Shown: positions 1-10,020 of the stretch, piece by piece
How the letters are laid out: each line of letters begins with the position of its first letter
Position numbering within the stretch: the first letter of the stretch is position 1
Source: Candidatus Kapaibacterium sp.
GTDB taxonomy: Bacteria; Bacteroidota; Ignavibacteria; Kapaibacteriales; UBA2268
Direction: 5' to 3'
NCBI GenBank assembly: GCA_963664875.1
Contig: OY761611.1
Location: 3,232,001-3,296,000 of the forward strand
Length of the DNA: 64,000 nt
Notes under the pieces: model-generated
The model's input: the letters and a program-made list of their open reading frames with translations, nothing else
Database searches by the model: none
Told to the model about the DNA's origin: nothing
Translations under genes and position numbers: made by a program

Positions 1-1
1 G

Positions 2-670
2 GTAACTGCTAAGCAGGTGCTAGGCGAAGATTATTCTAATTATTTTGATTCTCTCATGCTGAGCAATCCGTACCCCGAAATCAGAGAAGACTTCGTTTTT
101 CAAAGTTTGGTTTTTGCTTACACCAGAGGCGAAAAAACAAAGGTACGCAGCTTATACGAACATCTTTTTGTTTATTTTCCCGAATCACAATATCTAAGCT
201 CTGCTAAGCAGCTCTTGGATAAAATAGAAGATAGTATGGTAGGAGAAAAAGCACCCATATTTAATATAGATGCTTTAGACGACAGTAAGATAAAACTATC
301 AAATGAACATTTCAAAGGAAAATATCTTCTTATTGATTTCTGGGCTACTTGGTGCGGCCCCTGCGTCAGAGAAATGCCTCATTTACATGATGCCTACGAA
401 AAATACAATGGGAAAATTGAGTTTTTGAGTATGTCGCTCGACAAAACTACCGCTCAGATAGCAGAGTTCCGTGGCAAAAAGTGGAAAATGCCTTGGAATC
501 ACGCTTTTCTGCCGAGCGGTTTCAGTAATATAATAGCTACCAGATTTAAAGTAAAATCTATTCCGAAGCCGGTACTGATTAATCCTGATGGTATTATTGT
601 TGCCGAGGGTGCAGCACTACGAGGCGCTAATCTTATCAATACATTAAAGATGCACTTGGAAGGAAAATGA
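2..670 (+). CDS. TlpA/ResA-family thiol-disulfide oxidoreductase (5'-truncated by window edge)
   Basis: LIDFWATWCGPCVREMP motif and cis-Pro loop (SIPKPVLINPDG). The frame is open back to position 2, so the true start lies upstream. Confidence 0.9.
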   Translation, partial: VTAKQVLGEDYSNYFDSLMLSNPYPEIREDFVFQSLVFAYTRGEKTKVRSLYEHLFVYFPESQYLSSAKQLLDKIEDSMVGEKAPIFNIDALDDSKIKLSNEHFKGKYLLIDFWATWCGPCVREMPHLHDAYEKYNGKIEFLSMSLDKTTAQIAEFRGKKWKMPWNHAFLPSGFSNIIATRFKVKSIPKPVLINPDGIIVAEGAALRGANLINTLKMHLEGK

Positions 671-1215
671 GAATAATTAGTGGCATTTACGGTGGCAGAC
701 GTTACAAAGGTAAGATACCTGAAGGTGTACGCCCAACTTTGGATCAAGCTCGTGAAAGTATCTTTAATATTCTTACCGGTTTGACCGACACGGAAGATGC
801 AGTAATAGCAGACATCTGTGCAGGCACAGGAGCCTTAGGTTTGGAGGCACTCAGCAGAGGCGGAAAACATATAACTTTTGTTGAGAAAAGTAGAAAAGTA
901 ATAGATATGATTCGCAAAATCACAGAAGAGTTTAACGTCCCAAAAGAAGATTTTGAGATAATAAACGCTGATGCCCTTAAATTTTGCAAGCAAACAGAGA
1001 AAAAATTTGACATTATATTTTCAGACCCCCCTTACAAAGCAGGGTTTACAAATGAAATGCTTCAAATTATATCAGAAAGAAATATTCTTTCGACAAATGG
1101 TATAATGGTTCTGGAATACAGTAAAAATTACGGTATAGTGCTGCCGGAAAATATGTCTTTAATAAAAGAAAAATCCTTTGGTGAAACAATAGTAGCTTTC
1201 CTTGAGCAAAGTTAG
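667..1215 (+). CDS. rsmD: 16S rRNA (guanine966-N2)-methyltransferase RsmD
   Basis: MRIISG..GGR, VRPTLDQARESIFN, D.CAGTGALGLEALSRG, FSDPPY; ATGA overlap with the upstream stop. Confidence 0.93.
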   Translation: MRIISGIYGGRRYKGKIPEGVRPTLDQARESIFNILTGLTDTEDAVIADICAGTGALGLEALSRGGKHITFVEKSRKVIDMIRKITEEFNVPKEDFEIINADALKFCKQTEKKFDIIFSDPPYKAGFTNEMLQIISERNILSTNGIMVLEYSKNYGIVLPENMSLIKEKSFGETIVAFLEQS

Positions 1216-1230
1216 ACCTCTCGGGAGCAA

Positions 1231-1878
1231 TTATTTCAAAATCTCCCCAGTTTCATAGCTCCAGAAGAGCAAATCTAATTCATCTATTGGGATATTAACA
1301 TAAGCAGCAAATTCAAGGAATTTTTCTTCGACTTCAAGGTATCTCTTTTTTCCGGAGATATTTGGTACTTCGTCATATACATTGCAACTTACAAGGTGTT
1401 TTAGTATATGCCTGTCGAGTATTCCGAGTTCTCTGTATCCGATATTTCTTAGGTAATGTGCACTTTCTTTCAAGCCCATACCTTTGACATTATCAAAGAG
1501 CCAAAATCGCTTTTCTGTGGCTTTCATATTGCTATCTAACACAGATTTTATCTGGTTCCACTGTTCTCTTATCTCTAAAAGTCTTTTCGCCTTTTGGTTG
1601 TGAAACCTGATATAATGCTGCTTGTCATTTAGAATATCAACAGGATTAAATGGCTTCTCTAAAAAGTTGAGTTCGGTAAGTTTTTGCTGAACCTGCCATG
1701 CATGTGCTGCTTTTGACTGTGGCGTACAAATACAAAAACATAGCTCATAAAAATAATCACACTCAGGTACAGCGGCAAATTCTTCCAAACGCTTACGAAT
1801 AGCTTCTTTATTTCCTTCGTATCCTTTTTGTATTGCATCCGGCAATTTATACATTCTCTTTTCCATAATCGTTGTCAT
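1231..1878 (-). CDS. ogg: 8-oxoguanine DNA glycosylase/AP lyase, OGG2 (archaeal/Thermotoga) type
   Basis: ELCFCICTPQSKA, IRFHNQKAK, HhH VKGMGLKESAHYLRNIG, ILDRHIL, ELDLLFW..ETGEILK with C-terminal Lys. Confidence 0.85.
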   Translation of the reverse strand: MTTIMEKRMYKLPDAIQKGYEGNKEAIRKRLEEFAAVPECDYFYELCFCICTPQSKAAHAWQVQQKLTELNFLEKPFNPVDILNDKQHYIRFHNQKAKRLLEIREQWNQIKSVLDSNMKATEKRFWLFDNVKGMGLKESAHYLRNIGYRELGILDRHILKHLVSCNVYDEVPNISGKKRYLEVEEKFLEFAAYVNIPIDELDLLFWSYETGEILK

Positions 1879-1971
1879 AAAAAATCAAATAAAAGTCGTA
1901 TGATGATAAATAATATTTGCTTATATTCGCCATGTATTATAATCAGAATAATTTATCCGAAATAGGCACGT

Positions 1972-3504
1972 ATGAAGAAAATACATAAGTGGGTTGGTAT
2001 ATTTATTAGCTTGATAGTAATTTGGATGTCAGTCAGTGGTATAATGCTCAATCATCCTGAGCTAATCGATAAGTTTAGCATCGCCTCTGATTACATACCT
2101 GAACATTATAATCTTAAAAATTGGAATCGTTCAACTCTAGTTGGCAATTTGAACTTGGGCAATCATATTTATTTCTATGGCAGACAGGGGATTTATAGCA
2201 CAACAAATAATGGTAGAAGTTTTAAAGAATTATCTGTCAACGGTTATCCGGAATATGCACGCCTAAAAAGAACAAATCATCTTACAGCTTATATCGAAGC
2301 AAATGATACAAGTTTCCTAGCCTCAACCAACGGCGGTTTATACAAAATGAGCCAGCAGACAAACACTTGGCAGAGTGTTAAAGTGCCAACCGAAAGACCG
2401 ATATTGAAGGCTATATGCAAACAAGACGGCATTTATGTTTTTACTGATTCGGAAGCATTCAAGTATAACCCCAATACCCAAAATGTAGCTCCTTTAGAGT
2501 TGAAAAGGAACAATACCAAAGAATCAATGCCATTAGTAGATTTTTTCTTTCTACTTCACGACGGGAGTGCTTGGGGGCTTACGGGCAAATTGATATTTGA
2601 TTTTGCAGGTCTGGTACTTATTTTTCTATCTTTCAGCGGCATTTATATATGGCTCAAACCTAAAAGTATCAAAAAAAGAAAAAACAAAAAAGCAGTCAGC
2701 AGTTTACGCTTCTTTTTCAAAAATCATCTTAAATATGGTATATGGCTCGCACTTCCTATTTTAATTATTTCAACAACGGGAATTTTTATGAGACCCCCTT
2801 TGATTATGGTGCTAACCGGCGAAATTCCATTGAAATATTATCCGGGCATACAAAAAAACAACCCATGGCACCATAAAATTAGAAACATATTATGGGATAG
2901 CTCTCGAGATGTATTTGTAATTGATGCGAAAGACGGATACTATGTTGGACAATTCGGTAAAGGTTTTGACAAAACAAATCCTCCTGTTCCGATTTTCCCA
3001 ATGGGGGCTACCGTATTTGAGGAGAAAGACGGGAAATATATTATAGGTTCTTTTCTCGGACTTTTCGAATGCGACATTACAACAGGCTCTGTAAAGGATA
3101 TGGTAAGCATGGAAAACGCAAATATTATCAATCCTTTTATGCCCGGGAAAAATATGATAACGGGGGCAGCCTTTCTGCCAAACGGAGAAATTATAATAGC
3201 TACCCACGAAATTGGAGTAATCAATTCAGAAAAATATCAAATGCCGGAAGTTATCTCCAAAAATTACCGCATGCCTCTGTGGAATTTTATGTTCGAACTA
3301 CATAACGGAAGATTATTCAAATCTCTTATCGGCTCAGGATATATTTTACTTGTTCCTTTGAGTGGTATTTTGCTTTTGCTCGTCAGTCTAAGTGGAGTTT
3401 ACAGATACATCGTCAAAAAAGTGAGATTGAAAGGTAATAGCAAGTCGCCTGTAAAGAGGATAAAAAAACAGAAAGGAATTTCGATTGATAAAGAGCCGGT
3501 CTGA
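1972..3504 (+). CDS. PepSY-associated TM helix domain membrane protein
   Basis: KIHKWVGI..SGIMLNH, LHDGS, NHLKYG and ELHNGR His-containing TM motifs typical of PepSY_TM proteins. Confidence 0.8.
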   Translation: MKKIHKWVGIFISLIVIWMSVSGIMLNHPELIDKFSIASDYIPEHYNLKNWNRSTLVGNLNLGNHIYFYGRQGIYSTTNNGRSFKELSVNGYPEYARLKRTNHLTAYIEANDTSFLASTNGGLYKMSQQTNTWQSVKVPTERPILKAICKQDGIYVFTDSEAFKYNPNTQNVAPLELKRNNTKESMPLVDFFFLLHDGSAWGLTGKLIFDFAGLVLIFLSFSGIYIWLKPKSIKKRKNKKAVSSLRFFFKNHLKYGIWLALPILIISTTGIFMRPPLIMVLTGEIPLKYYPGIQKNNPWHHKIRNILWDSSRDVFVIDAKDGYYVGQFGKGFDKTNPPVPIFPMGATVFEEKDGKYIIGSFLGLFECDITTGSVKDMVSMENANIINPFMPGKNMITGAAFLPNGEIIIATHEIGVINSEKYQMPEVISKNYRMPLWNFMFELHNGRLFKSLIGSGYILLVPLSGILLLLVSLSGVYRYIVKKVRLKGNSKSPVKRIKKQKGISIDKEPV

Positions 3505-3652
3505 TATTAGCTCAAAGACAATGCTAAATAATACTCCAACTATTATTTATACCTCGTCAAAATATCAAAATACATTTTAAAAACTGTTAAAAAGTCAAGA
3601 ACGCATTGCCGACTCTGTCAAATTTCGTAACTACGCTTAAACTATTTATACT

Positions 3653-3660
3653 TATCTTTG
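3653..3660 (+). promoter_or_regulatory. Bacteroidota-type -7 promoter box (TATCTTTG)
   Basis: Matches TAnnTTTG 27 nt upstream of the SemiSWEET start. The same octamer recurs before nadE and rnhA. Confidence 0.55.
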
Positions 3661-3686
3661 CATTACAGTAATTGTGAGTTAGCTAA

Positions 3687-3938
3687 ATGACTATAGAGCT
3701 TTTCGGATATATCGCTGCTTTTTGTACAACTCTTGCTTTTGTGCCGCAGGCAGCAAAAACTATTAAAGAAAAGCAGACAAAAGATATTTCTCTGGCTATG
3801 TATGTCATTTTTACCATAGGCATTGCGTTTTGGCTGGTCTATGGATTGCTTATCAATTCTATGCCTATAATAGCAGCAAATATTGTTACATTGTTGCTCG
3901 CAGGCACTATCTTAATTATGAAAATCAAATATAAATAG
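3687..3938 (+). CDS. SemiSWEET (PQ-loop) transporter
   Basis: 83 aa, 3 TM helices, TTLAFVPQ..KT...K.TKDISL.MY, WLVYG, PIIAAN. Confidence 0.92.
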   Translation: MTIELFGYIAAFCTTLAFVPQAAKTIKEKQTKDISLAMYVIFTIGIAFWLVYGLLINSMPIIAANIVTLLLAGTILIMKIKYK

Positions 3939-3951
3939 GCAATACGCTAAT

Positions 3952-5121
3952 ATGTTTCCAAATCAAGAATCTTTCGATATAACTATCAAAACTCTTTCAG
4001 GATTGGAAGATGTGCTAATGCAGGAAATTGAAGAGCTCGGCGGAAAAGAAGTAGAAGTGCTCAATCGTGCTGTCAGATGCAAAGGCGATAAAGAATTTGT
4101 ATATCGGGCGAACTATCTTCTAAGGACAGCGCTACGTGTTCTAATCCCTTTCCACGAATTTGTTTGTACAGATGAAGATGAGCTATACAAAGGGATATAC
4201 GATATCGAATGGGAAAATATTTTTGAACTCGATATGACTTTTGCTATTGATAGTGTGATTAGCTATTCTGCTTTTAATCATACCAATTATGTAGCTCTAA
4301 AAGCGAAAGATGCTATTGTAGATAGATTTCGGGATAAGTTGGATAAACGACCTAACGTAGATAATTCTACCCCTGATATTAGATTGAATATCCACATATT
4401 TCGTGATAAATGTACTGTATCGCTGGACAGTAGCGGCGATTCTCTCCACAAAAGAGGATACAGAGAGGCACAAACTATTGCTCCTCTTAACGAAGTATTG
4501 GCTGCAGGAATGCTCTTGCTTGCGGGCTGGGGCAAAGAAGAAAAGGCTTTTATGGATCCAATGTGCGGAAGTGGCACTCTTGTAGTCGAAGCAGCTTTGA
4601 TTGCAAATAATATTGCATCTGGAAAGCTGAGGAGATTCGGATTCCAAACTTGGAACGACTACGACCGCAAAATGTTTAACGCTATCAAAGAAGAAGCAAA
4701 AAATGCCGAAAAAGAATATGCTTCTCAGATTATCGGTTCTGATAAAAGCAAAGACGCCATATTTATAGCTGCAAATAATGCTAAACGTGCCGGGTTGGCA
4801 GGAAAAATTGCTTTGGAGATTACAAAATTTGAGGATCAAACTAAGTCTGACGATGCCGGAATTATTGTTACAAATCCGCCTTATGGCGAACGTATCAAAG
4901 ATAATTCGATTTTGGATTTATACAAAATGATAGGCGACAAGCTAAAACAGGAATTTACAGGGTACGAAGCCTGGGTGATAAGCTCGAATGTGTCTGCTTT
5001 GAAAAACGTAGGTCTGAAGCCGGCTAAGAAATATACTCTTTTTAACGGTTCATTGGAGTGTAAGTACCACAAGTTTGAACTATATCAGGGAAGCAGAAAA
5101 ACTAAGTATCAAAATCAGTAA
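3952..5121 (+). CDS. rlmL: THUMP-domain rRNA m2G methyltransferase (RlmL-like)
   Basis: LRTALRVL, THUMP region, SLDSSGDSLHKRGYR, APLNEVLAA, DPMCGSGT, TNPPYGER. Confidence 0.85.
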   Translation: MFPNQESFDITIKTLSGLEDVLMQEIEELGGKEVEVLNRAVRCKGDKEFVYRANYLLRTALRVLIPFHEFVCTDEDELYKGIYDIEWENIFELDMTFAIDSVISYSAFNHTNYVALKAKDAIVDRFRDKLDKRPNVDNSTPDIRLNIHIFRDKCTVSLDSSGDSLHKRGYREAQTIAPLNEVLAAGMLLLAGWGKEEKAFMDPMCGSGTLVVEAALIANNIASGKLRRFGFQTWNDYDRKMFNAIKEEAKNAEKEYASQIIGSDKSKDAIFIAANNAKRAGLAGKIALEITKFEDQTKSDDAGIIVTNPPYGERIKDNSILDLYKMIGDKLKQEFTGYEAWVISSNVSALKNVGLKPAKKYTLFNGSLECKYHKFELYQGSRKTKYQNQ

Positions 5122-5780
5122 ACTGACGAATTGGAAAGAGTTCCTTCTTAAAAACTTTTTCCATTTTGAGCATGAATAAAAAAATTCTTCACAAGCTCGC
5201 AAAAAATATAAAAAAAACAAACAACTGCAAAGAAAACTTCTATTTTCTAATGAAATAAGCTGATTTTGTGTACAGTGTGTTGTTTTTTTGCTCAAATAAG
5301 TAACATCTATTCATCTGTATAATTGTAAAATTAGCCTTAAACTTTGCTAATTTATGCACACTCTTTATTAGTGCTTCTTTTATTGCATTACAATCTTTTT
5401 AATAGAGAAAAATTTCTCTACTTGCCAAAAATGCTATTCATAATCTTGTTTTCTGTAATATGCTTGAAATCTAAGAAATTACGGCATTTCTAAAAAAAAT
5501 ATAGTAACACTCGTTTTTTAAGTACTTGCATTATATGATATTTGAGACATAAAACTATCGGAAAACTTACTTGCCTCTTATTCGTTTTATATTAGGAAAT
5601 ATCTTGCGTAATAAATAAATTTGTTGAGTCGATTGAAAGATTGGTAAGCCTAAAAATGAGTTGTATAAAGTCTTTTTTCTCAGACGCTCTCATCTTCAAT
5701 GGCAATCCTGCTCCGAAAGAGACAAATCAGTATAAAAAGCATATTTTCAAACATTGATATCAATACAATCAATAAAAAAC

Positions 5781-7706
5781 ATGAGGCAGAAGATGCAAAA
5801 GAAAAAAGTTCAGTTTATGTGCACTGCATTCCGTGATGGTTTCCAGTCTGTTTACGGAGCAAGAGTTCAAACAAAAGACTTCTTGCCGGCAGTTGCAGCA
5901 GCTAAAGAGGCAGGTATCACATACTTCGAAGCAGGCGGTGGTGCCCGATTCCAATCTCTTTACTTCTATTGCCAGGAAGACGCATTTGACATGATGGATC
6001 AGTTTCGTGCTACTGCAGGGCCGGACGCCAATCTACAGACCCTTGCAAGAGGTGTGAATGTTGTTGGTTTAGATTCTCAATCAAGTGATATTATAGATTT
6101 GCATGCCAAAATGTTTAAAAAACACGGCATGACTACTATCAGAAACTTTGACGCTCTTAATGACGTTAACAACCTAATCTACAGCGGTCAGGCTATCACT
6201 GACGCAGGATTGAAACATCAGGTTTGCGTTACTCTTATGGCTTTGCCTCCGGGCTGCGAAGGTGCACACACTCCTGAGTTTTACGAAAAAACTTTGAGAG
6301 ACATTTTAGATGCTGAGGTGCCTTACGATTCTGTATGTTTCAAAGATGCATCTGGTACTGCTACGCCACGCGTGGTTTATGAAACTATAAAACGTGCAAG
6401 AAAAATGTTGCCGGAAGGCACTCAAATCTCTTACCACACTCATGACACAGCAGGCACTGCAGTGGCTTGTAATCTTGCTGCCTTAGATGCAGGTGCCGAT
6501 TTGATAGATTTGTCCATGAAACCTTGCTCCGGTGGTACTTGCCAACCTGACATACTGACTATGTGGCACGCTCTCAGAGGTAGCGATTACGAATTGGATG
6601 TGGATATTGACAAAGTTCTTGTAGCTGAGGATGTTTTTGTAGATTGTATGAAAGATTACTTCCTACCGCCTGAAGCTATTGCTGTCGAACCTCTTATTCC
6701 TTGGTCTCCAATGCCTGGTGGTGCTTTGACTGCAAATACTCAGATGATGCGCGATAATAACATCATGGATAGATACCCTGAAGTTATCAAAGCTATGGGC
6801 GAAGTTGTACGAAAGGGCGGTTTTGGCTCTTCTGTTACTCCTGTTTCACAATTCTATTTCCAACAGGCATTTAATAACGTATTTTTTGGTCCTTGGAAAA
6901 AAATTGCGGACAGCTATGGCAAAATGGTGCTTGGTTATTTCGGTAAAACTCCTGTTTCTCCGGATCCGCAAGTTGTTCAGATTGCAGCAGAACAGCTCAA
7001 TTTGGAACCAACAACAGAAAAAGTGCTTACTTTGAACGATCAAGACCCTAAAAAAGGTATTGCTCCTGCAAAACAAGCTCTTCAGGAAGCAAATCTGCCT
7101 ATGACTGACGAAAATATCTTTATCGCTGCTACATGTAAAGAAAAAGGTATTGCTTTCTTAAAAGGTGAAGCTCCTCTTGGTATTAGAAAGAAAGAGCCTG
7201 AAGCACCAAAAACTGCAGGTAAACTTTGCGATGTTAATTTGGAATCTGCAAGAATAGTCTTGACTGTTGGCGGTAAAGATTACTCAATAAATATCGGCGA
7301 AGGTATAATGGAAGGTGCTTTGATAGGCGGCCCTGTTTACCAAAGCGATAAACCAATGCCGGTGCCTAATGCAAAACGCAACCTTGTAAGAATAGCTAAT
7401 TCTGTGAATACTGCTGCTATGACAAAAGCTACAGGTGCTGCTAAAACTACTAAAAAAGCAAAAGATGAAGAGATTGCTGATTCAGGAAACGGAGAAGCTC
7501 TTACTTCACCTATGCCGGGCAAAATCTGGAAAGTTATGAAAAAAGCCGGAGATAAAGTTGCAGCAGGAGATGTAGTGCTTGTGCTTGAAGCTATGAAAAT
7601 GGAAAACGAAATCAAAGCCACAAAAGCAGGCACTGTTACCGAAGTGCTTGTCAAAGAAGGTGATGCCGTAGATGGCAATGCCGTTCTTGCAAGAATCGGT
7701 GACTAA
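5781..7706 (+). CDS. Biotin-dependent carboxyltransferase (pyruvate carboxylase B / oxaloacetate decarboxylase alpha type) with C-terminal biotinyl domain
   Basis: AFRDGFQS, EAGGGARF, FKDASG, HTHDTAG, MPGG, SVTPVSQ and EAMKM biotinylation site. Start at ATG 5781 or 5793 rather than TTG 5754. Confidence 0.88.
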   Translation: MRQKMQKKKVQFMCTAFRDGFQSVYGARVQTKDFLPAVAAAKEAGITYFEAGGGARFQSLYFYCQEDAFDMMDQFRATAGPDANLQTLARGVNVVGLDSQSSDIIDLHAKMFKKHGMTTIRNFDALNDVNNLIYSGQAITDAGLKHQVCVTLMALPPGCEGAHTPEFYEKTLRDILDAEVPYDSVCFKDASGTATPRVVYETIKRARKMLPEGTQISYHTHDTAGTAVACNLAALDAGADLIDLSMKPCSGGTCQPDILTMWHALRGSDYELDVDIDKVLVAEDVFVDCMKDYFLPPEAIAVEPLIPWSPMPGGALTANTQMMRDNNIMDRYPEVIKAMGEVVRKGGFGSSVTPVSQFYFQQAFNNVFFGPWKKIADSYGKMVLGYFGKTPVSPDPQVVQIAAEQLNLEPTTEKVLTLNDQDPKKGIAPAKQALQEANLPMTDENIFIAATCKEKGIAFLKGEAPLGIRKKEPEAPKTAGKLCDVNLESARIVLTVGGKDYSINIGEGIMEGALIGGPVYQSDKPMPVPNAKRNLVRIANSVNTAAMTKATGAAKTTKKAKDEEIADSGNGEALTSPMPGKIWKVMKKAGDKVAAGDVVLVLEAMKMENEIKATKAGTVTEVLVKEGDAVDGNAVLARIGD

Positions 7707-7736
7707 ATCTGACTAAACACTATTAATGCGTATATA

Positions 7737-7776
7737 AACAAGGGAGTCTGTTTTTTATTAAATAGACTCCCTTGTT
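7737..7776 (+). terminator. Intrinsic terminator-like hairpin
   Basis: Perfect 13-bp inverted repeat AACAAGGGAGTCT / AGACTCCCTTGTT 30 nt after the carboxyltransferase stop. Confidence 0.75.
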
Positions 7777-8001
7777 ATTTAGTATTCTAAACAGTTGTAG
7801 TAGATATAACAAGCTACCGAGGAGACAAATATTGTTAACTGTTGTGGCTCGCAACATAATATACATTGGACTCTTTATGGCAAAAACTATTCCCACCTTT
7901 TTCCATATCAAAATCTCCGCAAAAACAGGTATAAACAAATCTACACAAAACTTTAATAAAATATTATGCCTCAAAAGTGTGGTTTTTTCAATACATTGTT
8001 A

Positions 8002-8009
8002 TATCTTTG
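8002..8009 (+). promoter_or_regulatory. -7 promoter box (TATCTTTG) upstream of nadE
   Basis: TAnnTTTG match about 40 nt before ATG 8050. Confidence 0.5.
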
Positions 8010-8049
8010 CTATATGTACAGATGCAATCATATTTAAAGTGATACAATC

Positions 8050-9990
8050 ATGGCGTTGAGATTAGCAGATTTTGGAATTGTTCGTGTTGCGACTATAGCT
8101 CCGGAGCTTAAAGTTGCTGATATTGACTATAATATAGATAAGATAATGGAGGCAGCTTCGGATGCAGCCAATAACGGAGCAAACATTGTGCTGTTCCCTG
8201 AGTTAGCAGTTACAGGCTACACTTGCGGTGATTTGTTTTTCCAGCGCGATTTTGTGAAGGCAGCGGAGCAGTCTCTTTTAGACCTTGCTGAGTTCACATC
8301 CGGCAGCGGAGTTACTCTTATTGTCGGAGTGCCTGTGGAAGATAGTGGCAAGCTTTTTAACTGTGCTGCTGTTATTTCGCAGGGAAGCATTTTAGGGATC
8401 ATCCCAAAATCGTTTTTGTGCAATACATCACAATATTACGAAGAAAGATGGTTCTCTGCTGCACGCGATTCTGTCTCAACAGAGATAATTATCGGTGATT
8501 TTGATGTTCCATTTGGAACTGATATGCTGTTTGAAAACGAGCTTGTATCGGGATTGCGATTTGGAGTAGAAATATGCGAAGACCTTTGGGCAGTAACCCC
8601 ACCATCCAATTCGATGGCAGCTGCCGGAGCAACAGTCATCTTCAATCTTTCTGCCAGCGATGAATATATCGGCAAATATAGTAGCAGATTGGACATTGTA
8701 GCCCATCAGTCTATGCGTTGCATGGCAGCTTACGTGTATTCATCTTGCGGTGCTAATGAATCAACATCAGAACTGTTGTACTCCGGGGCGACTTTGGTTG
8801 CAGAAAACGGTGTAATAACAGCAGAAGGTGATAGATTTTCTTTCTCTACTGAGATATGCTATGCAGATATAGATATAGAAAGAATAATAAATCGAAGGAT
8901 GAAAAACAACACTTATGGTTCATCTCATCCTGATATAGATTATAGAATAATAGATGTAGAATTTTCCTATCGCGAGGTTAGCAAGCTGCTAAGCGAAGTG
9001 ACGCCCGATCCGTTTTTACCTAAGGAAGAAGATAAATCACAGTTTTTCGAAGAAATATTGAATATCCAATCCACAGCTTTGGCTCGTAGGATTCGTCATA
9101 TAGGAATAAAATCGGTAGTGGTGGGAGTTTCAGGCGGTTTGGATTCTACTATGGCTTTGCTGGCAATCTGTGCTGCATTCGATAAACTGGGGCTCGATAG
9201 AAAAGGCATTTATGCAGTTTCTATGCCCGGCTTTGGTACCAGCAACAGAACAAAAAGCAATGCTGAGATACTTTGCGAATGTTTGGAAGTAAACTACGAA
9301 CTGATAGATATTACTGACTCTACAAGTGTGCATTTCAAAGATATAAAACACGATGAAAGTAATATTAACGTCGTATTTGAGAATGCTCAGGCAAGACGCA
9401 GGACTCACATCTTGATGGACAAGTCAAATCAGGTTGGAGGCATAGTAATCGGCACAGGAGACTTGAGCGAAATTGCACAGGGTTGGAGTACCTACAACGG
9501 CGACCAAATGTCTATGTATGGTATCAATGCAGGTCTGCCAAAAACTTTGATTCAGGCACTGATTGCATGGATAGCAGAATCAAAATTTAAGGGAACAACA
9601 GCAAAAGTACTTAAAGATATAGTTGATACACCTGTCTCTCCTGAATTGCTTCCTTTGGACAAAGAAGGTGATATCGAACAAAAGACAGAAGAGAAGATAG
9701 GGCCTTACCGTCTGCATGACTTCTTCTTATACTATATGATTATGTATTCCTTTGCTCCCGATAAAATATTTTTGTACGCAAATGAAGCCTTTGATGGTAT
9801 ATATAGCAGAGCCGAAATTAAAAAATGGCTGGCGTCTTTTTATAGGCGGTTTTTCTCACAACAATTTAAGAGATCGAGCATGCCCGATGGTATCAAAATA
9901 TCGGAAGTTTCGCTTTCTCCGAAAGCTGATTGGAGAATGCCGAGCGATGCTTCTTTGAATTGGTGGATGAAAATAATTGAACAACTCTAA
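8050..9990 (+). CDS. nadE: Glutamine-dependent NAD+ synthetase
   Basis: N-terminal nitrilase-like domain (FPEL, IPKS, EICEDLW) followed by SGGLDST, ENAQARRR, GTGDLSE, FSQQFKRS. Confidence 0.95.
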   Translation: MALRLADFGIVRVATIAPELKVADIDYNIDKIMEAASDAANNGANIVLFPELAVTGYTCGDLFFQRDFVKAAEQSLLDLAEFTSGSGVTLIVGVPVEDSGKLFNCAAVISQGSILGIIPKSFLCNTSQYYEERWFSAARDSVSTEIIIGDFDVPFGTDMLFENELVSGLRFGVEICEDLWAVTPPSNSMAAAGATVIFNLSASDEYIGKYSSRLDIVAHQSMRCMAAYVYSSCGANESTSELLYSGATLVAENGVITAEGDRFSFSTEICYADIDIERIINRRMKNNTYGSSHPDIDYRIIDVEFSYREVSKLLSEVTPDPFLPKEEDKSQFFEEILNIQSTALARRIRHIGIKSVVVGVSGGLDSTMALLAICAAFDKLGLDRKGIYAVSMPGFGTSNRTKSNAEILCECLEVNYELIDITDSTSVHFKDIKHDESNINVVFENAQARRRTHILMDKSNQVGGIVIGTGDLSEIAQGWSTYNGDQMSMYGINAGLPKTLIQALIAWIAESKFKGTTAKVLKDIVDTPVSPELLPLDKEGDIEQKTEEKIGPYRLHDFFLYYMIMYSFAPDKIFLYANEAFDGIYSRAEIKKWLASFYRRFFSQQFKRSSMPDGIKISEVSLSPKADWRMPSDASLNWWMKIIEQL

Positions 9991-10020
9991 GATTATGGAA
10001 AAAAATGGAATAGGTGATTG

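Noticed and set aside
5122-5780. Long AT-rich spacer; possible riboswitch or sRNA before the carboxyltransferase, and ORF 5080-5295
   Set aside because: Only weak pairing (GTCTTTTTTC / GAAAGAGAC) and no recognisable riboswitch consensus; the ORF is low-complexity with no motif. An Rfam/Infernal scan would be needed.
7723-8059. ORFs 7723-7974(-) and 7772-8059(+)
   Set aside because: They span a terminator and promoter region, have no family motifs, and look like chance ORFs.
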